Source: a virus (taxonomy: Duplodnaviria > Heunggongvirae > Uroviricota > Caudoviricetes). From it: a stretch of 64,000 bases of DNA. Location: positions 1 through 64,000 of IMG/VR virus record IMGVR_UViG_3300031993_004551; one strand, written 5' to 3'. Position numbers and translations under genes: made by a program. Positions 28,313 through 36,074 of the stretch are shown one piece after another. Position 1 is the stretch's first letter, and the number at the start of each line of letters is the position of its first letter. The notes under the pieces were generated by a model that was not told the DNA's origin, searched no databases, and saw only the letters and a list, made by a program, of their open reading frames with translations.

Positions 28313-28359
28313 CGTAAATCCTCGTAGATACAAAAAAGTACCGGCCACAGCCGATACTT

Positions 28360-28374
28360 TAAATATAGCAAAAA
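28360..28374 (-). promoter_or_regulatory. promoter motif variant (TAAATATAGCAAAAA, minus-oriented) 47 nt upstream of the ATG at 28312
   Basis: Motif match with TTTA in place of TTTG. Confidence 0.4.
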
Positions 28375-28384
28375 TACGGAAACC

Positions 28385-28897
28385 TTACGGCTTCAGCATA
28401 TTCCTGACAGTGGTAATAGCCTTGCCGAGAAGGTTCTGACCGCGCCAGTTAGCCTCGTCGTCAATGCCGTTGGCACCCATAGGCATCAGGATTCCCCAAA
28501 TTCCGTCTACCGGGGAAGCCTCGACGAAAGTCTTCCCGTCGAAGCGAGGGTCGAGCAACTTCTCCAGCAAATCCGGATTCTGCCGGTACTTCTCGAGATT
28601 GACCTGAATCATTATGTCGTACCGTACCTTGGCCCACTTTTCGTTATCAAACGGCTTCACCTGACGGCCAAGCGACTTGGCATCCATCGGGGTAGCCGCC
28701 TTGAGTATGGCGTCCGCCGTCCTGGTGTCGCCGAAGTAGTTCGCCTTTTCCCACATGAACGCCTGTTCCGTGCAGAAGAAAGTTTCCGTCTTCTTGGTTG
28801 TGCCGTCGATATGGCTGCTGTAGGCGAAGCTGCACCGCCTGAAGTTGGATGGCCATTCCTTGTAGAAGAATACATGCGTATCAGTGATATCCAGCAT
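28385..28897 (-). CDS. NADAR-domain protein (YbiA/DUF1768-like)
   Basis: FFYKEWPSNF...FCTEQAFMWEKA...WAKVRYDIM...GIWGIL matches the NADAR fold signature. Start at ATG 28897. Confidence 0.72.
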   Translation of the reverse strand: MLDITDTHVFFYKEWPSNFRRCSFAYSSHIDGTTKKTETFFCTEQAFMWEKANYFGDTRTADAILKAATPMDAKSLGRQVKPFDNEKWAKVRYDIMIQVNLEKYRQNPDLLEKLLDPRFDGKTFVEASPVDGIWGILMPMGANGIDDEANWRGQNLLGKAITTVRNMLKP

Positions 28898-28905
28898 GGC
28901 TACCC

Positions 28906-29529
28906 CTATGCGTCGTTGATGACGCGGCTGAGCCACCGTCCGAAACGGTTATCGTACATGTTAAGTTCCGGGAGATGCTTGGCGATAGCATCGATGCAAT
29001 CGCTGACGCACTCGTCGATACCCTTACGGCCATCCACATAGACCACCGGCGTATTCCCGAGGAACTTCTCGGTCTCCGCATACGCGGTACGCAAATTCTC
29101 GAGACGCCCCGGAGTTTCCTTGAGCTTGGGTTCGCGGTCATAGCAGGTCTCGAGCGGGGTCTCCATGAAGATGTACAGGTCGGGCTGCTTGAAGATGTTG
29201 AAGTCCTGATACAGCTCCTCGCAGAACGAATAGATGCTCGGGGAGAATGCCTTGGCATAGGCAAGCCCGCTCCATAGGTACCTGTCGAGCAGAACCATAT
29301 TCCCGTTGTAGAACTTCTGCTGACGGAGACGGCCTTCGAGGAAAAACACCTCGCGCTTGGCGTCCTTGCCCTTGAACTCGTCCGAGTTGAGCCGGTCAGC
29401 CTCCTCGGTGGAAAACAGGGGTTCCTTGCTCCACTTGAATTCCGGGTAGCGCTTGGCGATAATCTTGGAAATCGTGGTCTTGCCGGAGTTGTCCACGCCT
29501 TCAAACACGATAAGCGGATTATGCTTCAT
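28906..29529 (-). CDS. tmk: thymidylate kinase-like P-loop kinase
   Basis: P-loop IVFEGVDNSGKTT. LDRYLWSGLAYAKA resembles the dTMP kinase DRY..S..AYQ motif. Start at ATG 29529 (MKHNPL), not 29652. Confidence 0.68.
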   Translation of the reverse strand: MKHNPLIVFEGVDNSGKTTISKIIAKRYPEFKWSKEPLFSTEEADRLNSDEFKGKDAKREVFFLEGRLRQQKFYNGNMVLLDRYLWSGLAYAKAFSPSIYSFCEELYQDFNIFKQPDLYIFMETPLETCYDREPKLKETPGRLENLRTAYAETEKFLGNTPVVYVDGRKGIDECVSDCIDAIAKHLPELNMYDNRFGRWLSRVINDA

Positions 29530-30382
29530 TCTTCGGGCCCTCCTTGGGCTTCTGTAAACGGGTCTCCACGAGGGCAGTGGTCGCGTCAGCGTGAACAATA
29601 TTATATCCCGGGTATTTCCCTGACGCATTAAAGTTCTTGGTGTACGGGTCAATCTGCATCTGGATGGCCGGGGCGGTATACTGGATAAGCCCGGTACGGT
29701 GGCAAATCTTGGTGTTTGCGTGGTGGTAATGGCCGCAGCAGACGGTAGTAACCTTAGCGCTCTTCATAAGCACCCGGACGAACTCAAAGTTTACCGGAAG
29801 CGTGAACTGTTCCTGGTTCATGAAGCGGTGGAACGGACGGACAAGCGGCATATGAGTGAACGCAGTCATCGTATGTTCGCCGACATCTGGCATTGCCAAC
29901 AGGCGGAACAGCCCTTCGACCGGATAGTCCTTATGCGCCGTATCGAGCAGGCATAACCTTGTATTGGAACTCTTGCCCTTGGCAAATGCAATAGCCTGTC
30001 CCGGGACATTAAACGAGCCGTCGAACCGAAATTCGAAAAATGCATTCTTATTGTAAAGGTATACGAACTTTTTACGGAACGCCGTAAATGCTTCCTCAAG
30101 AGCAGCACGGTTATCGTGGTTACCCGGGGTTACCAAGATTGCCGGCTGATACTCTTCAGGCAAGTCCCCCCCGAACGCCCGTTGCAATCCCTCGAGAAGA
30201 TTAGTGTAATCTTCGACCGTAGCGTCATCCACGAGGTCGCCGGTAAGGACGATAAGGTTGTAATGGCTGTACTGCCTTCCGGCATCAGCCAGTACGGCGT
30301 CCAGGTTTCCCTGGACATCGAACATACCCTTCTGGTCCCCCTTGAGGTGTATATCCGAAAGTTGAAGTATTAATGATTCCAT
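29519..30382 (-). CDS. calcineurin-like metallophosphoesterase (CpdA/Icc-type cyclic nucleotide phosphodiesterase-like)
   Basis: Motif series SDIHL, GDLVDD, GNHDN, GHYHH. Confidence 0.7.
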   Translation of the reverse strand: MESLILQLSDIHLKGDQKGMFDVQGNLDAVLADAGRQYSHYNLIVLTGDLVDDATVEDYTNLLEGLQRAFGGDLPEEYQPAILVTPGNHDNRAALEEAFTAFRKKFVYLYNKNAFFEFRFDGSFNVPGQAIAFAKGKSSNTRLCLLDTAHKDYPVEGLFRLLAMPDVGEHTMTAFTHMPLVRPFHRFMNQEQFTLPVNFEFVRVLMKSAKVTTVCCGHYHHANTKICHRTGLIQYTAPAIQMQIDPYTKNFNASGKYPGYNIVHADATTALVETRLQKPKEGPKNEA

Positions 30383-30401
30383 AGGTTTCTAGGTTCCTTA
30401 T

Positions 30402-30869
30402 TTATTTGTAAACAATCTTGATTACATGCGGTGTTTCCAAGAACACTCCCTTGATTATCTCGGAGACGACCTCCCATTCCAACCGGTCAAGCCCGCAGCC
30501 GATTTTCGGCATCACGATGACCTTAGGCTCGGCAAAGTTCATCGCAAGGTACTGCCGAAACGCAACCAGGGACTTAGTGAGCGTAAGATAGGTCGGCTTA
30601 TCCCACGAATGCTCCTTCGTTATCAAGTTAATAAAAGTCCCTTTATCTGTAACGACCGGCATCGCCATTCCCGGGAACAAGTCGATAGTATTGCCTTCCG
30701 GGTTATTGCTGCACCTGTACCGGCACTTCTTTTCCGCATTGTACATATCGCGGATGATTACCGGGGCTATTCCGCTGCCCCATGCGAGGTCGGCCGCGAT
30801 GCAATGGGCAATGATTACTCCGGTCGTATCGACGGTCGTGATATCACGCTTTTCTTCAAAATATCTCAT
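30402..30869 (-). CDS. macro-domain protein (ADP-ribose binding/processing)
   Basis: VIIAHCIAADLAWGSGIAPVI resembles the macro-domain phosphate-binding loop (VVNAAN...G.GIA). Size 155 aa. Confidence 0.55.
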   Translation of the reverse strand: MRYFEEKRDITTVDTTGVIIAHCIAADLAWGSGIAPVIIRDMYNAEKKCRYRCSNNPEGNTIDLFPGMAMPVVTDKGTFINLITKEHSWDKPTYLTLTKSLVAFRQYLAMNFAEPKVIVMPKIGCGLDRLEWEVVSEIIKGVFLETPHVIKIVYK

Positions 30870-31713
30870 CGGCTTTAATTTCCTTCGTTATCAGGCGCGA
30901 ATAAAGGTTCGCGTATGCTTTAAACTCCTCGGCATCGATGAACGGCCCAAGATTCACTACCGGGTTGTTATGCTCGTTCACCACCTCGAATACGCACTGC
31001 GGATGTTCTTTAGTAGCGCGGTAGTAGGTATTCTTCTTGAGCAGGAGAATCTTCCTCGTCGTATATGGCGTATTGGCATAGTTGATTGCCATGCCATAAT
31101 TGCCCTCAAATGCTATCCCGTAACCGTTGCCAAGCTTAAGTCTAGGGAACAACTTGCGGTCGGACGCATCCTTGCCGCATATTTTCTTAACCCATACAAG
31201 AAAACGGTAATCCTCGTCGTGGTAGGCATTCCATATCCGGGAAACCTCCTGCACACTCTCCACGCCCAGTTCGGAGTCTTCCGTTATCATATAACGGACG
31301 CCTTCCGGAATATCAACAATGCGAAGCGTATTGTTGTCGTTCAGCTTGTCGAGCATCTTGTAGTCGCCACCGAGAGCATCCACATAGGAAACAAGGGTGT
31401 CGCGCAGTTCGCTACCGGTAGTGTCAAAAGAAAGGTTCACCGATGCGGTATCGGGCACATCTCCATGTAGAGGATTACCGGAATCGTCATAGCAGGACTT
31501 TGTAGCGTTAAAGTGGACAAGCCAAGCCTTGATGAGCTTGCTCGAACCCCCGAAAACAGCCAAGGCTTTCCCGTTGGAGTCCGCAGGTAAAAAATAAGGG
31601 TCGGGGGATACGGTATCCCCTACCCTTTCGGCCAAATACATTGCCGCCCCGAGAGATATCTGGGGTACGCCGATACTTGTCGAGACGAGCACCTTTGGCA
31701 TTATACGCCCCAC
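30856..31713 (-). CDS. hypothetical protein (285 aa) inside the NAD island
   Basis: ORF overlapping both neighbours (14 and 13 nt). No recognisable motif. Confidence 0.5.
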   Translation of the reverse strand: MGRIMPKVLVSTSIGVPQISLGAAMYLAERVGDTVSPDPYFLPADSNGKALAVFGGSSKLIKAWLVHFNATKSCYDDSGNPLHGDVPDTASVNLSFDTTGSELRDTLVSYVDALGGDYKMLDKLNDNNTLRIVDIPEGVRYMITEDSELGVESVQEVSRIWNAYHDEDYRFLVWVKKICGKDASDRKLFPRLKLGNGYGIAFEGNYGMAINYANTPYTTRKILLLKKNTYYRATKEHPQCVFEVVNEHNNPVVNLGPFIDAEEFKAYANLYSRLITKEIKADEIF

Positions 31714-32486
31714 TTCGGAATACGGACGATATCGCGCTTGAACTGCGATGCCTTTACACGGGCCTGGATTTTACCCAAAACGCCAATATTAAGTGTTTCC
31801 GGATTATTGACATAAGTCCGGATGTCATCGTAAGTAAAGCCGAGGTTGTCCTCGTCCGTCTTACCACTGAGGCCGTCGGACGGAGCCTTGTAGACAAGAT
31901 GTTCCGGGAGGCCAAGCGCCATTCCCAGCTTGCAGACATCCTGCTTGAACAGGGTACCAATCGGAGCCAAATCGCCAGCAAGGTCGCCCCACAAGGTACA
32001 GTATCCGACGAGAGCTTCTGAGAAGTTTCCCGTGCAGAGAACGCGGCCTTCACCGAGCGCCTGTGCAACCATGTACAGCTTTTCCATACGGATACGCGGG
32101 GCGAGATTGATTTCTGCCTGACGGTCATACATGTGCTTCGTACCGAGACCCTTGATGAGTTCAATCTGCTTCAGCCCAATCTGGTAATCGTCGTGGATGT
32201 TGATTGTAAGCGTACGGGTAATCCCGGCAGCTACTGCACAATTGTGAGCATCTTCAAGGTCTGGCTGGACTCCGTTCGGGAGGAACACGCCGATTACCTT
32301 GTCCGCGCCTAAAGTCCTCGTGGCAAGCTTGCCGACAACCAAGGAGTCGGTTCCGCCGGACATACCGAGAACGAGAAATTCGCCGTGATTTTCTTGCATC
32401 GTGAGCTTAATCCACTGTCCGATGCTATCGGCCATTTCGATGAACTTGGCGGTTTCTTCTTCAGTCATTTTATCTGGCGTGAGCAT
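31701..32486 (-). CDS. nadE: NH3-dependent NAD+ synthetase
   Basis: PP-loop LVLGMSGGTDSLV. Downstream LCTGNFSEALVGYCTLWGD is characteristic of NadE. Start at ATG 32486 (TAATG coupling to pncA). Alternative ATG at 32467. Confidence 0.85.
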   Translation of the reverse strand: MLTPDKMTEEETAKFIEMADSIGQWIKLTMQENHGEFLVLGMSGGTDSLVVGKLATRTLGADKVIGVFLPNGVQPDLEDAHNCAVAAGITRTLTINIHDDYQIGLKQIELIKGLGTKHMYDRQAEINLAPRIRMEKLYMVAQALGEGRVLCTGNFSEALVGYCTLWGDLAGDLAPIGTLFKQDVCKLGMALGLPEHLVYKAPSDGLSGKTDEDNLGFTYDDIRTYVNNPETLNIGVLGKIQARVKASQFKRDIVRIPKWGV

Positions 32487-33106
32487 TATGCGGCTCCTTT
32501 GTAAATAGTGGGGACGACATCGCAGAGCATGGAACGGGCAAGCGTGAATGCCGCTTCCTGAGCCTGCTTGTTCTGTTCGGCATTGATGAAGCAAGCCGCA
32601 GTAGCACCGTCGACCACCTCAATTTTTGCATCCGGGAACCAAGCGCGGTCGATTGCCCAGTTGGAGGCATCACAGATGTCCGTGCAGGTACCGGTATAGC
32701 GAATGACGATGTTCTTGCCACGGGTAAGTGCGGCAACGGCATCCTGGTCCGTAGAGTCGATATCGAACATAACCTTCGGCCAGTTGATGAAACCAAAGTT
32801 ATGCTTGTCGATGATGATGGCATTCTTCTTCTTGAGAGCAGCCATGATTCTCGGCTCGATTTCCCATTCCGGTGTGCCGTAGACACAGTGAATCGGGAGA
32901 CGCTTGCCTTCAATAGACTGGTAATAGGAATCGTCGTCGAAGTGCGTATCGCGGGTGGCGATAATGATGCCGTCCCACGCCTCGATTTCGGCGATTACGG
33001 CGTCAATGATGGCTTCTGCAGCCGGATTCTTGAGGACTCCGGTTATGAATCCTATCTGCATGTCGATTACTTTGAGAATCTTGAGAGCTTTATCTATCAG
33101 GTTCAT
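32486..33106 (-). CDS. pncA: nicotinamidase (isochorismatase/cysteine hydrolase family)
   Basis: VIDMQIGF (D), conserved K region, GTCTDICD catalytic Cys. Confidence 0.82.
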   Translation of the reverse strand: MNLIDKALKILKVIDMQIGFITGVLKNPAAEAIIDAVIAEIEAWDGIIIATRDTHFDDDSYYQSIEGKRLPIHCVYGTPEWEIEPRIMAALKKKNAIIIDKHNFGFINWPKVMFDIDSTDQDAVAALTRGKNIVIRYTGTCTDICDASNWAIDRAWFPDAKIEVVDGATAACFINAEQNKQAQEAAFTLARSMLCDVVPTIYKGAA

Positions 33107-33121
33107 TTTTGCTTCTGTTGG

Positions 33122-34777
33122 TTATAAGCGTATTCCGCCGAAAAGGCCACACTGGTCTACTCGGTCAAGCGGTTGTTTCTTGATTCCATCCGGGAACTTC
33201 CTAATGTAGTCGTCGAGGATGCGGTTGTGGTGGAAAGCCAGCTGCATCTTCTGCGCATCGGAGATAGCAACCCACTGGACTTCCTTGGCGTCATCGGCAG
33301 GTTCAGCCCCGATGATATGCGGAATTTCAACGGCGAGACCCACATCGTATGCGCCGTGGTCTGGCTTGATGCCTGCGCGGGGGTCCGTCGGATAGTAGAC
33401 GCCGACACACTCGACTTCGGACTTGTCGATTGTGGTGATACTCGTCTCTTCCTTGACCTCGCGTAGTGCGGCTTCCTCGATATCCTCACCCGGGTCGGCG
33501 AATCCGCCCGGGAAGCACCAGTAGCCCATATACGGGCCATACTTCCTGCGGACAAGAAGGACGAATCCCTTGGAAACAATCAGAGTAGTCGCCGTCACGG
33601 AGAATGACGGGTAGTTATCCGGGTTTGCACGGGCAATCGCTTCCTTCTCGGCGGCATCGTATTCTTCCTGGGTAACCTGCCCGTACAACTTATTGTCAAC
33701 GATGTACTCGAGGGCTTCGCCCGGAACATCGGTACCGGCATACATCGGGTTGTGCAGGAGATTGAACCGTGCCTGCGTAGAGGATGTCGCCGGTATCCTG
33801 GCATTGACAATCCTGAGACGCTCCCCGACATCATCGTTGGGACGGTTAATCCTCCGGTCATTTAACGGAATGTCATTGCGCCCGAACACCATGAAGGAGA
33901 ACTGGGTAAGCAATTCCTCGCTATGCTCCCACCGGTGGAAATCGTGGAGCATACGCCATTCATCGGCGCCCATGCAGATGGTGACCTTCGACGGGTCAAG
34001 TTTGAGGGTTTCGGTGAGGAACTGGTATGTGCGCACCGGCTGTTCGACAATCTGAACAACATTGTCATCCTCGGCCCAACGGTCGGAATAACGACAAATT
34101 TCCTGAAATACTGTACGGAGCATGCGCTTTCGTGTGCCTGCCCTTACAGTATATTTCTTTTCGTCATTATTACTTACCATAAGGATGAGTGCAACCGGAA
34201 GAGGTCTATCGATATCAACCGGCTTAAACCTTTCGTTGGCAATCGCAATCATCTGGTTCAACAGGGCACGGATAATTTCCTTGTGACCGGTTGTCACCGG
34301 GTCGAACGCTCCTCCGTAAACAAGGATGTGCTTCGCATTGCGAACATTGTCATACAGAGTGACCTTATCCTTGACCTCAGCCGGCTTATCATGTAACGAC
34401 ATAACTGCAAACGACTTCTTTGCAAAGGACTTGGCAACTTCAACAGACTTGTTAAACACCGTGTAAAACAGGTCGCCCGGTGTTAAATCGATATCACACG
34501 ACTGGAGCACCTTAGAAGTCCTCTGGCGGCCCAAATCGTTAAGTTGTCCGGCAGCTTCTGCAATTCCATAGGCTTCCTTGCGGTCGACAAAGCGGAAATT
34601 GTTGCTATCTTCGCCGGCAATAAAGCCAGTACAGCTAGGTACATCGCTTGCAACCCATTCGTAGTCATCCTTGAGAGACATCAGGTTCATAGATGCATCG
34701 CCGTGGTCCTTCGCGACTGCAAACGGCTGACTGAAATTAGGGGCAAATCCCTTGAATGCACAGATAATCTTTTCCAT
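33122..34777 (-). CDS. nadM: nicotinamide/nicotinate mononucleotide adenylyltransferase fused to Nudix hydrolase, with extra N-terminal domain
   Basis: YGGAFDPVTTGH is the (H/T)xGH nucleotidyltransferase motif. C-terminal Nudix box GGFADPGEDIEEAALREVKEETSI. About 160-aa unassigned N-terminal region. Confidence 0.82.
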   Translation of the reverse strand: MEKIICAFKGFAPNFSQPFAVAKDHGDASMNLMSLKDDYEWVASDVPSCTGFIAGEDSNNFRFVDRKEAYGIAEAAGQLNDLGRQRTSKVLQSCDIDLTPGDLFYTVFNKSVEVAKSFAKKSFAVMSLHDKPAEVKDKVTLYDNVRNAKHILVYGGAFDPVTTGHKEIIRALLNQMIAIANERFKPVDIDRPLPVALILMVSNNDEKKYTVRAGTRKRMLRTVFQEICRYSDRWAEDDNVVQIVEQPVRTYQFLTETLKLDPSKVTICMGADEWRMLHDFHRWEHSEELLTQFSFMVFGRNDIPLNDRRINRPNDDVGERLRIVNARIPATSSTQARFNLLHNPMYAGTDVPGEALEYIVDNKLYGQVTQEEYDAAEKEAIARANPDNYPSFSVTATTLIVSKGFVLLVRRKYGPYMGYWCFPGGFADPGEDIEEAALREVKEETSITTIDKSEVECVGVYYPTDPRAGIKPDHGAYDVGLAVEIPHIIGAEPADDAKEVQWVAISDAQKMQLAFHHNRILDDYIRKFPDGIKKQPLDRVDQCGLFGGIRL

Positions 34778-34781
34778 AGCT

Positions 34782-34813
34782 CAAATATAGCAAAAATCCC
34801 CGTTTCCGGGGAT
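34782..34813 (-). promoter_or_regulatory. overlapping terminator hairpin (34796-34813) and promoter motif (34782-34796). ATG of nadM lies 4 nt downstream
   Basis: ATCCCCG-TTT-CGGGGAT hairpin. Its 3' T-run is the TTTTT of TTTTTGCTATATTTG. Confidence 0.55.
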
Positions 34814-34823
34814 TCTTTTAAGT

Positions 34824-36074
34824 CTAATCGGGTAGTCCGGTGTACTTCTTTCCGGTATCCACGCGCTCAAACTTCGGCATCGTGAGCTTTACCGCCATGA
34901 AGTAATCCTCGCCCATAGGTGTCGCGTTCGGGATAGCCCTTACCGCAATCAGTGATGAAGACTCATCGCGGTATATCTGAATATACAGCTCGCCGTTCTC
35001 GCCGCGGTCACCATTGTAGTACAGGAGACGCTGACCATCCGCTGTGCAAAGCTCCTTGCGGAAATCCTTGTCCAGCGTCGCGTGTAGAACATGCGTCTCG
35101 GGGTTGTACGAACGCTCACAGCCGGCGCCGGAATACCCCTCCACCAACGCAAGCAGCATATAGGCTTCGTCAATGTGGCACTGCGATGCAACCGTAGGGT
35201 CATGCTGGCGCAACTGGTAGTGAATCTCGGTAAGCCTTGCGAGAAGCGCGGGAACCTTCGGGGAACGGTCCGCGACAGCCTGCATCGCGCCGTTCAGCGT
35301 ATCCCAGAACACATCAAGGATGTCCAGGGTCTTCGAGCGGAATTCCCGGTATACCCTGTCGATATCGGCCGTGCACTCGTTGTACTTTTTGATGACCGTC
35401 TTGGCGGCACGGTCAATGTAGTCGAAGTCACTTTCGTCAGGATGCTTCGCCTCGTCGATTACTGTGTAGTCATCGAGAAGGCATTCCACAATCCTTTCAG
35501 GACCCTTTACATTGCACCGGAATCCAAACTTACGCGGAACCAAGATATCATTGTCGACAATATTAATCAGGGAATTCGCCCCGAGCATGGAAATCTTGCG
35601 GATACCCTCGATATTTTCGTTTACAAGGATGTTCCCGTCAAGCATTCCCTGCATCGTCTTCCTACCGGGATTAAACCATTCTGCGGACGAAACCTGTGAC
35701 AACAGGATATGGAACCGGTTCATAGCAACCTTTGCTTCTTCTGCCGTCTCATCGGTAAAGGTATGGTCCTTGAAGTCACGGTAGGACGGCTTCGGCTTAT
35801 AGGTCTTTTCATTATCGAGAGTCATCCCGAAGTTCTCGATAATGTAGTTCCTTGCGTCGGCTATAGCCTCCTCGGGCCGTTTCATATCACGGTTAATCAC
35901 CATAGCCCTGCCATGGGGCTGCCGCTTGTTGAACTTGATGCCGAACCCGTAACGGGTAACATTCAGCGTACCGACGACCTTGCAGGCATTTTCACCATCC
36001 GTATCGACAATATCAGCGGAAAAAAGAAGGAATGGCTTTGGAGCCACCCCTTCCTCGAATATCACAGTACGCAT
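34824..36074 (-). CDS. hypothetical protein (416 aa), translationally coupled to pncB
   Basis: Start ATG overlaps the pncB stop (TAATG). No recognisable motif. Confidence 0.6.
   Translation of the reverse strand: MRTVIFEEGVAPKPFLLFSADIVDTDGENACKVVGTLNVTRYGFGIKFNKRQPHGRAMVINRDMKRPEEAIADARNYIIENFGMTLDNEKTYKPKPSYRDFKDHTFTDETAEEAKVAMNRFHILLSQVSSAEWFNPGRKTMQGMLDGNILVNENIEGIRKISMLGANSLINIVDNDILVPRKFGFRCNVKGPERIVECLLDDYTVIDEAKHPDESDFDYIDRAAKTVIKKYNECTADIDRVYREFRSKTLDILDVFWDTLNGAMQAVADRSPKVPALLARLTEIHYQLRQHDPTVASQCHIDEAYMLLALVEGYSGAGCERSYNPETHVLHATLDKDFRKELCTADGQRLLYYNGDRGENGELYIQIYRDESSSLIAVRAIPNATPMGEDYFMAVKLTMPKFERVDTGKKYTGLPD

Noticed and set aside
28906-29529. Polynucleotide kinase (as in T4 Pnk or bacterial Pnkp) rather than thymidylate kinase, given the adjacent phosphoesterase and the RNA-repair theme.
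   Set aside because: The DRYLWSGLAYAKA block and overall length match dTMP kinases better than Pnk-type kinases. Left as Tmk-like with moderate confidence. An enzymatic test could overturn this.
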